From: Octopus vulgaris
Taxonomy: Eukaryota
Direction of reading: 5' to 3'
NCBI GenBank assembly: GCA_951406725.2
Contig: OX597814.1
Coordinates: forward strand, 134,974,001-135,038,000
DNA: 64,000 bases
Position 1 is the first letter of the stretch; each line of letters opens with the position of its first letter. The notes below the pieces were generated by a model. That model saw only the letters and a list, made by a program, of their open reading frames with translations, was not told where the DNA came from and did not search any database. Shown here piece by piece: positions 51,098 through 63,545 of the stretch. The position numbers and the translations under genes were made by a program.

Positions 51098-51320
51098 ACT
51101 TTTAGCATCCAGATTACTCTGTAAAATGGTTATACTTATTTATTCATATTGTTTTGAATTAATCATGCACTGCTGTGTGGCTGTGAGATTTCAATGATGT
51201 GTTGCCTATTTTTGAATGACATTGCAAAGTAGGTATGAGAGGCCAGATCTGGCTGCTTTTAACATAAAACAAGTAGAATATTTGATTCAGATATGGCTGG
51301 TTTAAATGCTAAAGGATTAA
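51098..51320 (-). mobile_element. Diverged piggyBac-like MITE (family of 62837-63055)
   Basis: CTTTTAGCATCCAGATTACTCTG...GAGAGGCCAGATCTGGC...GGTTTAAATGCTAAAGGATTAA. Confidence 0.65.
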
Positions 51321-52739
51321 GAATTTTGTTATAGATCTCTGTAGTCTAAATTCAAAACATACTGAGGCCAACTTAGCCTTTCATCTTACTAGGATCAATA
51401 AAATAAAGTACCAGTAAAGTACTGAAGTTGATGGGGAAATATTACCTTACTTGGAAACAGATGTGGGTTGGAGATGGAAGGGCATCAGCTTTAGAATATC
51501 TGCTTCATTAAACTCCACATGACCCATGCAAGTATGGAAAAGTAGACATTAAAATGATTAAAAAAATGGTTTAAATCATATCCAGGTTCATTTTGTCTTT
51601 TGTCCTTCTGATGTTGAAGAAATAAGTATTGGAGACCATGTTGTAATGACTGTTGACTATTTGTTGTACCATGGTGAATGACTATTTGCTGTACAGTTGG
51701 TGAATGAAAATATGTTTCTTGGCTGCTTGAGAAATATAACTTAAAGAGTACAGAAAGCTATTGGTACAGTTATATGCAGTTGGCCCAATATATCTGAAAT
51801 CAGCTGTGCTATCTTTGTGGCAATGGAGGTCCTTGGTCACTTGTCCGAGGCTGTCTGTGCAGGTCATCTGCCTTCTAAACTGCATGTCAAATGGTTTTTA
51901 TAGGAAATTGGAAGCCAAATCCCAGAATGTTTGATAAAATCCTGCCATGCCATCACCTCATGCTGATTGGTCAATTAATAGTCCAATCACAGGAAACTAT
52001 GGTGGTTTGCTCATGATGTCTGACCATGTATCCAGCAATTTAGTTTCAACTCACTGCTACAATTTAATAAACTATTTCTCAGAGATGGTGCTCTGGTATA
52101 GCTGTAGTCAAATAACAAGTATCAGTAGATGAGTTTAATAATGGATTCAGTATCCATTTCCCTATAAAATTGGTCTTTTGCCTAGTTGAAATAAAAATAA
52201 AATCTTAATTTATGACACATATATTACACATTAACTTACAAAAATTAAGCAAATATTTACAATTCTATTGAAAGCATATTCTACTTACCTGTTAAAGAAA
52301 TAACATGAGCACTGGGGAAGAAATATCTAATTTCTTCTGACATACTTTTTTTTTCTATCATTAAGTTTTCAACTAAGACTGGTTGACCAACTTTCAGACA
52401 TGTCTTTTATTTGCCAGAAATAGTTAATATGACTAGCAAGTTAAATAGTAATTAGCTAGCCAAACTAAAGCTAGTAGTAGTTTTACAGTAAGTAATCAGG
52501 AAAAACAGTTAATAATAGTTAGGTATAGTAATTAACAAGATCTAATGATTTAATGATTCAAAAGAATTTTTTGTTTATTTTCTAGATTATTCCCCACCAA
52601 AAAGAAGAGAATTGAAGTACCTTCAAAACATATATATGAGTTTGGTGAATGAATGAGTATGCCCAACCCTAGTGACAGGGTTGGGGAGGACTCAGACATA
52701 CCCACCCCTCCCTACTCACTGTGGTCTTACTGTGGTAGC

Positions 52740-53050
52740 AGTACATTTCACCACAGCCTCCCATTTCAGTTCTTGATGTAATTGCTCCATCTTTGTCTTT
52801 ATCACTCACAAGTCTGTTTTCTGTCCATCCAACCCTGAAAGATATGGTTACTGAGGTTCTGAGCTCTAATAATGGGGCCAAAATACTGCAGTTTTTGCTG
52901 CTGTTCATCATCACCAAATTTCCTTCTACTCCCATATCTTTCTGGACTGGATTATTCATCTTACAGACTGCCTAACAGAGCCACAACACTTGCCTGTTGT
53001 ATATTATCATGATTTTGATAGGGACAACCAAAACATTTGTTTAAAACTTA
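52740..53050 (-). mobile_element. Decayed RTE-like LINE C-terminal fragment
   Basis: Minus strand traces KLQYFGPIIRAQNLSNHIFQGWMD...RQRWSNYIKN*. Confidence 0.55.
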
Positions 53051-53529
53051 TTGAAAATGTATGAACATATTTGGCCCAAAGTCAAAAGAATTAGTGTCCA
53101 TGAGAGTCATACCAACTGAGTGTAAGCTCCTGGTGTGACTTCCCATGCTGGACAAGTCAAAGGATAGAGGCCAGAATAATATGGACTATCTCTTCCCTGA
53201 AGTAAAAATGGGTTTGCATAGGGCCAACATCCCTACCTAGAAAAAAGCAAAGTTACAAAAGCATCGATGATAGTTCAAAATAAACAAGATCTTGTAGAAG
53301 GGTTTCCTTTAAGGAAATGTATGACACAGTACAGCAAAATCTGAAAAAAAGTTGCAAACTTTAAAAAGTAGGAATCCAATTGGAAAGAAGCAGAAAAGAC
53401 AGCCCAAAGTTGAGAAGAGTGGAGAAAAGTCATTGATGGCAATACTCCATAGGAAGCAGAAGTAAGTATAACTATGAGGCTTTGAGAAAAAGAAAAGTAA
53501 TTCTAGAGCCATTGAAGTAATGGATAGAA

Positions 53530-53632
53530 TGTAGTGTGGTATTTGTTTGGCTCTCTGTGCTCTGAGTTCAAATCCTGCCAAGGTCAACTTTACCTTTCAC
53601 CCTTTTAAGGTCAATAAATAAAGTACCAGTCC
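53530..53632 (+). mobile_element. SINE fragment (GAGTTCAAAT...GGTCGACTTTGCCTTTCATCC family)
   Basis: B-box-like GAGTTCAAATCC then AAGGTCAACTTTACCTTTCACCC...AAGTACCAGT. Related copies at ~51340-51425, 58215-58430, 63360-63545. Confidence 0.7.
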
Positions 53633-53644
53633 AGCTGCTGGCAC

Positions 53645-53647
<3 letters not shown>

Positions 53648-53735
<88 letters not shown>
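53648..53735. repeat. (CT)n microsatellite
   Basis: Direct reading. Confidence 0.98.
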
Positions 53736-53740
<5 letters not shown>

Positions 53741-55429
53741 TTTGAGCTTTCACATCCTGGTTACTTCACTGGGTCAGTAGTAAGCAAACCAAGAAGGTAA
53801 CTGTGTTTGCTTGCATCAACATGGGTGGTACCTGAAACCATTAGCAAAAGTATGGTAATGAGGAGATACCAAATCATCCTCAATTACAAGTGATAACTGT
53901 GGAAGTTATATCACATGGAAAAAAAAAAAAATTTATAACACAAATATTACCTGAACAAATTTACTGCAAAAACAGTATTACTTTTTAAATGGGTAAATCA
54001 AAATGTATTTCATTCAGCCATAACAATATTTTGTTTTCTTATGTTTGTGACATAAAAATATGTCGCAAACTTGATGTTTAAAAAAACGATATAATTTAAA
54101 CAAGTATGTCTCTGTACGTTTCAATAAAAGTATTTTTTAATTTCCATATGTATTTTATTGTAAGCTACAGAATTTACTATCTTTCAGAGAATTAGTATTT
54201 TTCATAAGCATGTTAGTTAAATAATAATGCAACTATGGCAATGAGTATTCAATAAATCTATAATTTATTTCCCTGTTGGTATACAATGTCTAGCAAGTAA
54301 GACTACTGAACTGAAAGTACCTTCCCTTTACACTGGGTGAGTTTATTATATCAATATAAACTCCATATAGTCAACTAATATCATTGGAAAAGTTATAAGT
54401 ATTAAAATATTTTGTTTCAGATATTTCCAAATACCTAATTTTATAACTCATTTCCTTCACCTATAAACCTGTGTTAAGTCAATCATAAATAATAGAGATT
54501 ACGTTGATAGTGAATGTGGAACAAAATAAACTGTGATTAAGTTCTGGATTTCTCAGTTCTGAGTTCAAATCCATCTGGGTCTGATTTTCATCCTTTGGAG
54601 GATTGATAAAATAATTACTGATAATATTCTGACTTCTAACACATACTACATTCTTTCTCTTTAGAAAATAGTTCTTATATGAACGCAGGTTTTAGTATGG
54701 GACAACACTTGATTTCTTTGGCTAGCATAAGGTCTTAAATTTATAGGGAAGGGTAAATGACATTGACCTTTATTTTGTATGTGTTATAAATGAAAAAGAA
54801 TGGTTATAACTAAGTATGAAAACTGGGTCACAGACTTCGTTGGCTTTCCGGAAGCTTATCTCTACTATACAGCACAGACTACAAATAAGCTGATCAATAG
54901 TAAAAATGGAGGAAACCCTAGTAGTTGTGGATAAGAAATCTATTATTATTAAGCATTGGTGTATAAATAGCAACTAGGTCTTTGAATTCACTTTGTACCA
55001 GTAAGTCTTAGATGCTAGATTGTTGATTTTTTTTAATGCTAGGTTATGAAAACATGAACTATTTCATCAAATTTGTATATGAGCCCAAAAAGGAGCTTTT
55101 ACATGCTCATTTGACCTGCCAGAAATATCAGTCAAATCTCCTTCAGACTATAGTGTATTGTATTAAAAAAAAGATACATTGGCAATGCAGTCAAAAGTAC
55201 ACTGAAATTGAAAAAAAATGTGGTGGTCATGGCTGGAGAGACTTTGAACATTGGGCAACTTGATCAAGTTTGATCTAAGGTTAAACAACAACAACTGCTA
55301 GCATGTGAGCCTCTATGAGTCACTAAAACTGCAAGAAATACTTGCCAAATCTCCCTCAAATCATATCTTAGATAAAGAATACATTGGACAGTATAGGCTG
55401 AGTATAGCAAAAGGGTCTCTTTTACTCAT

Positions 55430-56450
55430 GAAAAACTACTATCCAAAATAGTGCTTTCATGTATTGCACTACCTAAAAGCTGTCTCACCTACCAAACTGC
55501 AGTTGGTCCTTCATAAAGAAGATCTCTAACAGCTTTGGGGAATCTCCCTATTTGCCTTTCCTTAACCAAATTGGCTGCACAAGTTGTTCTTCTACAGGAA
55601 AAGACAAAACAAAAACCACCACATTTACTGCCTGCTTTTGTCTCCAATTTTACACTGCACACATTCAATAAAACTCTTCAAAACTTTTTCCACTCTACCA
55701 GTCACCTCACTGCAAACACAGGCTTGTCAATTGCAAAAACAGCTCTTGTTGGTTCCAACCAACAAGGTTACTGATTCTCTCAATATCCCTTCAATTATTC
55801 TCAAATAGTACATTCCAGAAGTTGAGCCTATTCTTGCTAAACTCTCCAATCTTTCCCCCTCTTTACTGGGATTTATTGTAATTTTCAGAAACATGCTCCA
55901 GCATGTCCCATCCACTACAAAGGCAACCCCTTTAACCCTGCTTATTGTTTTCTTGCTCAGCATCTCAAAGATGATATAAATAGTCATTAACAATCAATTT
56001 TTCCAACAACTGTATGGCTTTTGAAGAGCCAGGTCTATAGGGATTTGCTACACTCTATCATCTTCCAGTAGCCTTTCACCCTTAAAAAGTTTATTGAAAG
56101 CAATCAGTGCACTTGGCACCAGTAAAAACTTCTGTCATGTCTGATATGAAAATCTTCCAGCTAAGTTGCCTCCCTATGGACTCCATCTGTGCCTCATCTC
56201 CTGGATTAGATATCTCTAGTCAGACTACAAAATTGAACTGAGCACTGATACAACTTTGTCTGATCCATATTATACCAGCTCTGCATGTCCCCAAACTTCA
56301 GTTATTCTTTTACGTTTCAGCCTTGAAGCTGTGACTGTGCTGAAGTGCTACCAGTGGTATATATAATCTTTTGTACTCTTGCCGTCACCTCTAACAATAC
56401 TTATTTCTGCGCAGATAATATCATCCTATACTCTTCTCTAACTTTCTGTA
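55430..56450 (+). mobile_element. Highly decayed CR1/Jockey-like LINE RT
   Basis: Ordered traces of YGF.RARS.GDLL, AL..SK.F.HV, KLPPYGL, VPQ.SV and .ADNI.L motifs. Confidence 0.55.
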
Positions 56451-57049
56451 TATGGCTATTTTCTACATACTAAACTTGCACTGTTTGGGGAAAAGATACT
56501 TCTACTTGACCAAAGTTGACCTGGGGGTAAAAGAAAACAATAACAACAGCAGCAACACTTTTGTTGCCACAACTACATTCATCACCAACAGACATATGAA
56601 CAAAGCATTTAAAAACTAAATTTGATTGTTTTAAGTGTAGCTTTATTGAATTTCATAGAGTTACAGATTCACACCTTTTTTTCCCCCTCACATTAGAGTT
56701 TTACTTACACTGTTTCAAAGGATATTAAGTTTCATACCATTTTCCCAGATTTAATATCATTGTTACATTGCTACAGGAAAATATTTAGCACAGATTATAT
56801 TTCATAGCATATTATAGCCTCTTAAACTATTTCCCATCATACCATTACTTTTCTCGAGTATTTCATGGCATCTAAGTATTTCAGGTGATATTTGATTGCA
56901 TTTTGTTATCACATACTGACGTTATTACATGTTGCTTCTCCTTCACTTTCAAAGATGACTAAGACTCCCCCTTTAATACACTACAACAATAGAGGATGCA
57001 GCTGTGAAAGTGACCAGATATTTGTGACTTGCTCCATCTATATTACAAC

Positions 57050-57500
57050 TTCAGTAGAATAAAACCCACTGACGTGACTGTATTTCATTGGCTCAGATGT
57101 ACACGATACTCTGACCATTGCAACAAAATGTCTACCATCTGTTTGTGGTTTGAAGAAGTTTAAATCTTGACTTGCACTGAACTTTGATTATAGTGAGAGA
57201 AGTCTGTGTCAAACGACCAACCTCACTCTCTCAATTCTGACTTCCTGAACCAGTGGTAAAGCTATTAGAATGACTGGATGTATATCAGGGATGCAGTGGG
57301 TAACAATATGACCTATATATCTCACTACACTGCAATGTTGCAGGATATCACTTTTATGCCCATTGAAACTCGACCACCAGAGGTTGGGTTTCCACTGTGC
57401 AATCTTCAGAAAATCAATCTTTGCATACGTCTTTAACATGCATATATACACAATAGCAGAAGGGCATTAACTCCCCTTCGATAAGTTTATTTTTTATCCC
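57050..57500 (+). mobile_element. Possible very old mariner fragment
   Basis: Weak traces of the ST..LW..KFKS and RWV segments; no TIRs seen. Confidence 0.25.
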
Positions 57501-58214
57501 ACATGATGTACAAGAATCAGCCTCTTCATCAAGTAAACTTGGTAGGATTGACATCAATGATAGCTAGAGTGTGTTTCACTTAAGGGAACCCTTGAGGTTC
57601 ATTCATACCCCCACTACCTCCTATACAGGTTTATATAACAGACCCAAAACTGATGTCCCCATTGCTTACATCACTAGCTATGTCATTATTGTCAGTTAAG
57701 TTGCCAGTAACATGGCCATGCAATAGTTTGTATAGGGTTACATGTTATCAGTAGCACACACAAGTCAACTAACCTATTGCCTTATTATATATTACATTTA
57801 GTGTTTAACATTAGTCAGGCATTTAAAACTTTTCCTACTTCATCAAATAATTTTATAATAGTTGCAATAATCCATATGATTTATCACATTCAATAGAATT
57901 TTGCTTCATTTTCCTGAATTTCATAGCATTTCACTGTAACTCACAATTCAAAAGAATCTTACATGATTTCCCTAGGTGTCACAGGTTGTAGTCTGAGCCA
58001 GTGAGTGAATCTCTATGTATGTTGCTCATCCTACAAAAGATATCAACCAAATCTCCCTTATATCCCTCCCTACTGCCTTATAGATAATAAAAAAAGGAAG
58101 GATGAGTCTGAAAGAAAGTATAGCCCTGATACTTATGGTTAGAAGTGCTTGATCAAAGCTGACCTTGGGCTTAACAACAGCATCAAGTGGAGTATCTTTC
58201 AATATTTCAATGAG

Positions 58215-58432
58215 CTGAAGGTGGTGAGCTGGCGAGAATTGTTAGCCCACCAGGCAAAATGCTTAGTGCATTTCATCCGTCTTTATGTTCTGAGTTCAAA
58301 TTCCACTGAGGTCGACTTTGCCTTACATCCTTTTGGGGTTGATAAAATAAGTACCAGTTAATCACTGGGGCCAATGTAATTGACTTACCTTTTTGCCCCA
58401 AATTACTAGCCTTATGCCAAATTTGAAACCAA
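58215..58432 (+). mobile_element. tRNA-derived SINE
   Basis: GGTGGTGAGCTGGCGAGAATTGTTAGC...GAGTTCAAATTCCACTGAGGTCGACTTTGCC...AAGTACCAGT. Confidence 0.75.
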
Positions 58433-58462
58433 TATTTCAATGAGCTATATAATATTTCACAA

Positions 58463-58800
58463 GGCACATGGCTCGGTGGTTAGAGCATTGGACTCACAAT
58501 CATAAGCTAGTTTGATTCCTGAACTGGACCGTGTGTTGTGTCCTTGAGCAAGACACTTTATTTCACATTGCTCCAGTTCATTCAGCTGTAGAAATGTGTT
58601 GCAACGTCACTGGTGTGAGGCTGTATTGGCTTTTGCTTTTCTCTTGGGTAACATCGGTGGCATGGAAAGGGAAGGCTGATATGCATGGATGACTGTTGGT
58701 TTTCCATAAACAATCTTGTCTGGACTTGTGTCTTGGAAGTTAACTTTCCAGGTGCAAATCTCCAGTCATTTATGACCAAAGGGAGTCTTTACCTTTTTAC
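58463..58800 (+). mobile_element. tRNA-derived SINE of a different family
   Basis: A-box-like TGGCTCGGTGG, B-box-like GTTTGATTCC, core GTGTTGTGTCCTTGAGCAAGACACTT, tail TTTACCTTTTTAC. Confidence 0.75.
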
Positions 58801-59089
58801 TAACACAAATATTACAAGATGAATTATTGTAAGCAAGAATCAATTAATTTGATAAGTAATTTGCAATTTAAGATTGTGTATTCATCTTTTTACAAATGTG
58901 AACATTTGATCTTTGTTTTGTGATAATGAAGTCCATCATGTATTGGAACATATGTCATCCTTGAAGACTTCATTATCATATAGTGTATATAGAACAAGCA
59001 ACACTTATGGGAAAAATTGAAGTCAACACTACACGTTAGCACAACAATAATCAATTATTTAGTTGTATTGCAGCAATTAGTGATGATCT

Positions 59090-59200
59090 ATACTTTAGTA
59101 TTTGATCTATTTAACTGTACCATAGTATGGTAACTATAAAACTTTACTACAGTAGAGTACCTATTTAGCTGTATAACAGAACATTACTCATTAGCTGTAC
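59090..59200. repeat. 27-bp minisatellite, left part
   Basis: Degenerate AGTATGGTACCTATTTAGCTGTACCAC-like units, continuing at 61387. Confidence 0.7.
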
Positions 59201-61386
59201 CATTAGCTTCTACAAAGTCACTCGAGGAACTCAGAAAGGCACAAAATAAAACCCAACTGACAGCCAGATGCTGTGCAAATAGGTATTGGCTGGAAATCTG
59301 TCAGAGTATCCAGTCAGCTGCTGACAGGGGCGACACCCGTGGGATGTATGCTGGTTTGAAGAAGGCCCTCGGTCCATCCGAAACCAAGTCAGCCCCTCTG
59401 AAATCAACTACTGGAGATCTCATCAGGGATCAAGGCAAGCAAATGGATAGATGGGTGGAGCACTACCAGGATCTCTACTCACGGGAGACTACAGTGGCTG
59501 AGGCTGCAGTCGAGAGTGTCAAGATCTTGCCAGTCATGTGCGAACTTGACAGTCCGCCATCTATAGCAGAGCTCACCAAGGCTGTTGACTCCCTAGCAAG
59601 AAATAAGGCTCCGGGAAAAGACGGCATCCCCTCAGAGATCATCAAAGCCGGCAAAAACACCATCCTGCTTCGGCACCTTCATGAGCTTCTGTGTCAGTGC
59701 TGGGAAGAGGGTACAGTCCCTCAGGATATGCGGGATGCCAACATCATTACACTCTACAAAAACAAAGGTGACCGTGGTGATTGTAACAATTACCATGGTA
59801 TATCCCTTCTAAGCACTGTTGGAAAGACCTTTGCCTGCGTTATCCTGGCCAGGCTACAACTACTTGCTTCTCGAATCTATCCGGAATCGCAGTGTGGCTT
59901 TAGAAGAAGCAGATCAACTATCAATATGATATTCTCCATACGCCAACTTCAGGAGAAGTCCAGAGAGCAGAAAATGCCATTATATATGGCCTTCATTGAT
60001 CTAACAAAGGCCTTTGACTCGGTAAGCAGAACAGGCCTCTTCCTCCTGCTCCAAAAAATCGGATGTCCACCAAAGCTGCTGAGGATCATCAAGTCTTTCC
60101 ATGATGACATGCAAGGCACCATACAGCACAACGGTTCAACATCAGCCACCTTCCAAATAAAAAACGGGGTAAAGCAAGGCTGTATCCTCGCTCCTACATT
60201 GTTTGGCATCTTCTTCTCACTCTTGCTGTCACATGCCTTTCAGACATCAGATGATGGAGTGTTTCTGCACAGTAGAAGTGATGGGAAACTGTTCAATCTC
60301 TCGCGCCTGCGTGCCAAGACCAAAATCAGAAACGTCCTGATCAAGGAGATGTTATTTGCTGATGATGCCGCTCTGGTAACACACACAAAAGAAGCCCTCC
60401 AAAGGCTCATTAACTGTTTTGAGCAAGCATGTAACGACTTTGGCTTAGCTATCAGCCTTAAGAAGACCAACATCATGGGCCAGGCTACATCGGACATCCC
60501 AAACATACATATTGGAGACCACAGATTACAAGAGGTGGAGAAGTTTACCTATCTGGGCTCTACCGTCACCTACAACCTATCCCTTGACGCTGAGCTCAAT
60601 ATACGCATTGGCAAGGCAGCTGCTGCGATGGCCCAACTCTCCAAATGGGCTTGGGACAACAATAAGCTGACCAAGACCACAAAAATGAAGATCTACCAGG
60701 CATGTGTACTCAGCACTCTACTGTATGGAAGCGAGACCTGGACGCTATACACACGCCAAGAGCGTCGCCTAAACATCTTTCACCTGCGCTGCCTCCGAAA
60801 AATCCTCCACATCAAATGGCAGAATCATATCCCCAACAAAGATGTCCTCAGGCAAGCAGGAATACCAAGCATGTTTGCACTCCTCACACAAAGACGTATG
60901 AGATGGCTTGGGCATGTTAGCCGTATGAAAGATGGCAGAATCCCCAAGGACATACTCTACGGAGAGCTTGCTAGGGGTACTAGGTCTGTGGGTAGACCGA
61001 TCTTACGTTACAAGGATGTTTGCAAAAGGGATATGAAGGCCTGCAACATCAACATTAGCGGTTGGGAGGCAGTCGCCGGCAACCGTGGAGAATGGCGACG
61101 TACAGTAAAAGAGGGTATACAGAGGAGTGACAGAAAGAGAGAGGAGAAATGGAAAGAAAGGAAGAGACATAAACAAGAGACCATGGCACTACAACCAGCC
61201 AGGAACAGTCTTCGCTACATTTGCAGTACCTGCCAGAGGGAGTGTTTGTCCAGGATAGGACTACACAGCCACAGCAAGAAATGTAACAGGAAATAAAATA
61301 TAACAGCCGGACTAGACCTAGAAAAAAAAAAAAAAAAAAAATGCGCAACTCCATTGTCTCCCGAGACAGAAAGGATGCCAAACAAA
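59201..61386 (+). mobile_element. BovB-like RTE LINE, 5'-truncated, with 15-bp TSD
   Basis: TSD ACTCATTAGCTGTAC at 59186-59200 and 61387-61401. 3' end ATTGTCTCCCGAGACAGAAAGGATGCC plus short A/CAA tail. Confidence 0.95.
59344..61296 (+). CDS. RTE LINE reverse transcriptase, partial (endonuclease absent); frame open from 59203
   Basis: KAPGKDGIPSE, NYHGISLL, PESQCGFR, FIDLTKAFDSV, GVKQGCILAPTLF, LFADDAAL, FTYLGS, LYGSETW, RWLGHV, and C-terminal CSTC..CLSRIGLHSH zinc finger. No stop or frameshift. Confidence 0.93.
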   Translation: MYAGLKKALGPSETKSAPLKSTTGDLIRDQGKQMDRWVEHYQDLYSRETTVAEAAVESVKILPVMCELDSPPSIAELTKAVDSLARNKAPGKDGIPSEIIKAGKNTILLRHLHELLCQCWEEGTVPQDMRDANIITLYKNKGDRGDCNNYHGISLLSTVGKTFACVILARLQLLASRIYPESQCGFRRSRSTINMIFSIRQLQEKSREQKMPLYMAFIDLTKAFDSVSRTGLFLLLQKIGCPPKLLRIIKSFHDDMQGTIQHNGSTSATFQIKNGVKQGCILAPTLFGIFFSLLLSHAFQTSDDGVFLHSRSDGKLFNLSRLRAKTKIRNVLIKEMLFADDAALVTHTKEALQRLINCFEQACNDFGLAISLKKTNIMGQATSDIPNIHIGDHRLQEVEKFTYLGSTVTYNLSLDAELNIRIGKAAAAMAQLSKWAWDNNKLTKTTKMKIYQACVLSTLLYGSETWTLYTRQERRLNIFHLRCLRKILHIKWQNHIPNKDVLRQAGIPSMFALLTQRRMRWLGHVSRMKDGRIPKDILYGELARGTRSVGRPILRYKDVCKRDMKACNINISGWEAVAGNRGEWRRTVKEGIQRSDRKREEKWKERKRHKQETMALQPARNSLRYICSTCQRECLSRIGLHSHSKKCNRK

Positions 61387-61690
61387 ACTCATTAGCTGTA
61401 CGAGTACCACAGTATGGTACCTATTTAGTTATACCACTGAATGGACCTATTAAATTGTACAACAGTATGGCACCTATTCAGCAATACCACAGTATGGTTC
61501 CTGTTCAACTATACCACAGTGTAGTACCTGTTAAGCTGTACTATAGAAGGGTACCTATTAAATTATACAACAGTATGGTGTTTATTAAATTGCACTACAG
61601 TATGGTACCTATTAAACTGTTTCAGAGTATAGTACCTATTTATCTGTACTACAATATGGCGGTTATTTACATGGACCAGTTATAGTATAT
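61387..61690. repeat. 27-bp minisatellite, right part (~10 diverged units)
   Basis: Units such as AGTATGGTACCTATTAAACTGT...; visible as a 9-aa period SMVPIKLY. in ORF 61341-61685. Confidence 0.88.
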
Positions 61691-61696
61691 GTTTAA

Positions 61697-61918
61697 CCCT
61701 TTCATTACCAATCCGGCTGAAACCGGCTCTGACTCTGTAGTACAAATGTCTTGTTTTCATAAGTTTTGAATTAAAACCTTCCAGCAAACCTTAGTCACAA
61801 TTTATGTTCCTAACACTAGCTGAATGATAATTAAGTTATTTTACTAAATTCTTAGTTATATTTTAAATTAACTGAAAGGAACATAGAGCATCTCAACAGA
61901 AATACAGTAACGAAAGGG
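61697..61918. mobile_element. piggyBac-like MITE, 222 bp
   Basis: TTAA TSDs (61693-61696 / 61919-61922); TIRs CCCTTTCATTAC / GTAACGAAAGGG. Confidence 0.9.
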
Positions 61919-62836
61919 TTAATGCATCATGGTACAGTTCTTAGTTGTATCACTGAATAGTACCTATTTAACTAGGATAACTATGGCGTGTTAAGTGTTG
62001 TGCACATGGAGATCAGCCAGTAGACAGAAACTCAAGGTTCATGTAACTGCAATCCCACTGGCACTGTAGAAAGAACCCATTGGAAAAATTAGTCTGACAA
62101 AAAGACGGGATGGACAAGGTGAGAATGACTTTGATTATATGTCTGGTTGATCAGGGCTGATTAATAGTAACTATCAAATTCTTTCTTAACTTGTATTTTA
62201 TCTGTTATTCAACCAAGAATTATTATGTACTTGCCATTGATTTCAGTAAATGGACCTATCTATTTATTGCATTATAATATAAGAGGTTGAATTTATAGTG
62301 AAAATGAGCGAGAATTTTCTAGATACTTATGCTCTTAGTGTAATTTTCAAGAAGACTCAATAAGATACTATATGTTAGATGGCAGATTTTTAAAACTATA
62401 GGTGCAGGCATTCTAGTGACCTTCCTCATAGTTTCTGTCAAATTTGACTCATAAGGCTTGAGTTTACCCAAGGCTGTGGCTAAAAAAAAAAAAACATTTG
62501 CCAAAGGAGCCGCTTAGTGAGATTTAACGTATTGATGATTTGGTCTTGCTTTGTATCAATACATTTCAGGTTATAACTTGCCACAAGTTTTATACCATAT
62601 TCAACAAACTGTGACATCATTCACTCCTAAACTCATTGATATAAATAATTATAAAATCAATCTCTATATGGAGACATAGTTCATAGTCTTAACTAACATG
62701 TACAAACCTGATACAATTTAAGAACTGTCACTCCTTTAACTCATTCAAGTTTATATCTAATGAAAGAAATGTTTAGTAACTAAAATACAGCAGTTTAAAA
62801 TTTTTGATTTTACTGTTGATGAATTAATATATTTAA

Positions 62837-63055
62837 CCCTTTAGTATTTAAACCGGCCATATCCGGCCAAAATAGCTAATCTGTTTTATGTTCAAACTGA
62901 CAAGATCCAGCCTCTCACACCTACCCTACAATGTTATTCTACATTAAGTAATTACACCATCAAGATCTTGAAGATATGAGATAATGCATGATTAATTCAA
63001 ATCAATGGGAATCATTAAGCATTATGTTTGATTGAATTATCTGAACACTAAAGGG
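62837..63055. mobile_element. piggyBac-like MITE, 219 bp (second family)
   Basis: TTAA TSDs (62833-62836 / 63056-63059); TIRs CCCTTTAGTATT / AACACTAAAGGG. Confidence 0.9.
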
Positions 63056-63349
63056 TTAAAGCATGTGACAAGTACTGTAGCATGAAAAAAAAATTTTCAG
63101 TCATCAGAAACTAGAACATAATTTCAATCCTTATTTGATGTTATATCATTTCCTTTACATTACAATTACTTTTGGGAATAATATGCATGTTACAAAAACT
63201 GTTTTATTTTGCCTATATAAAACAGATATTTGAAACTAATGCTGCTAGAAGTTCTGTACAATGGGTTCTACATTTCTGTTCCAAATCTTCATTGGGAATA
63301 AAATTTCTTTCAAGCTTCCAGTTGCTGTCATTATTCATAAATGCTGAAT

Positions 63350-63545
63350 TGTTAGCACACTAGGCTATTTAGCACACTAGTATTTCATCTGCTGCTATCT
63401 TCTGAGTTCAAATTCTGCCAAGGTCGACTTTGCCTTTCATCCTTTCGGGATCGATAAATTAAGTACCAGCTAAATACTGGGGATGATGTAATCGACTATC
63501 CCCCACCTGCTATTTCAGGCCTTGTGCCTATAGTAGAAAGAATTA
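63350..63545 (+). mobile_element. tRNA-derived SINE
   Basis: CTGAGTTCAAATTCTGCCAAGGTCGACTTTGCCTTTCATCCTTTCGGGATCGATAAATTAAGTACCAG...GGCCTTGTGCCTATAGTAGAAAG. Confidence 0.78.

Noticed and set aside
61341-61685. 114-aa ORF with 9-aa repeats
   Set aside because: Translation of the 27-bp minisatellite; its ATG is created by the LINE's internal poly(A).
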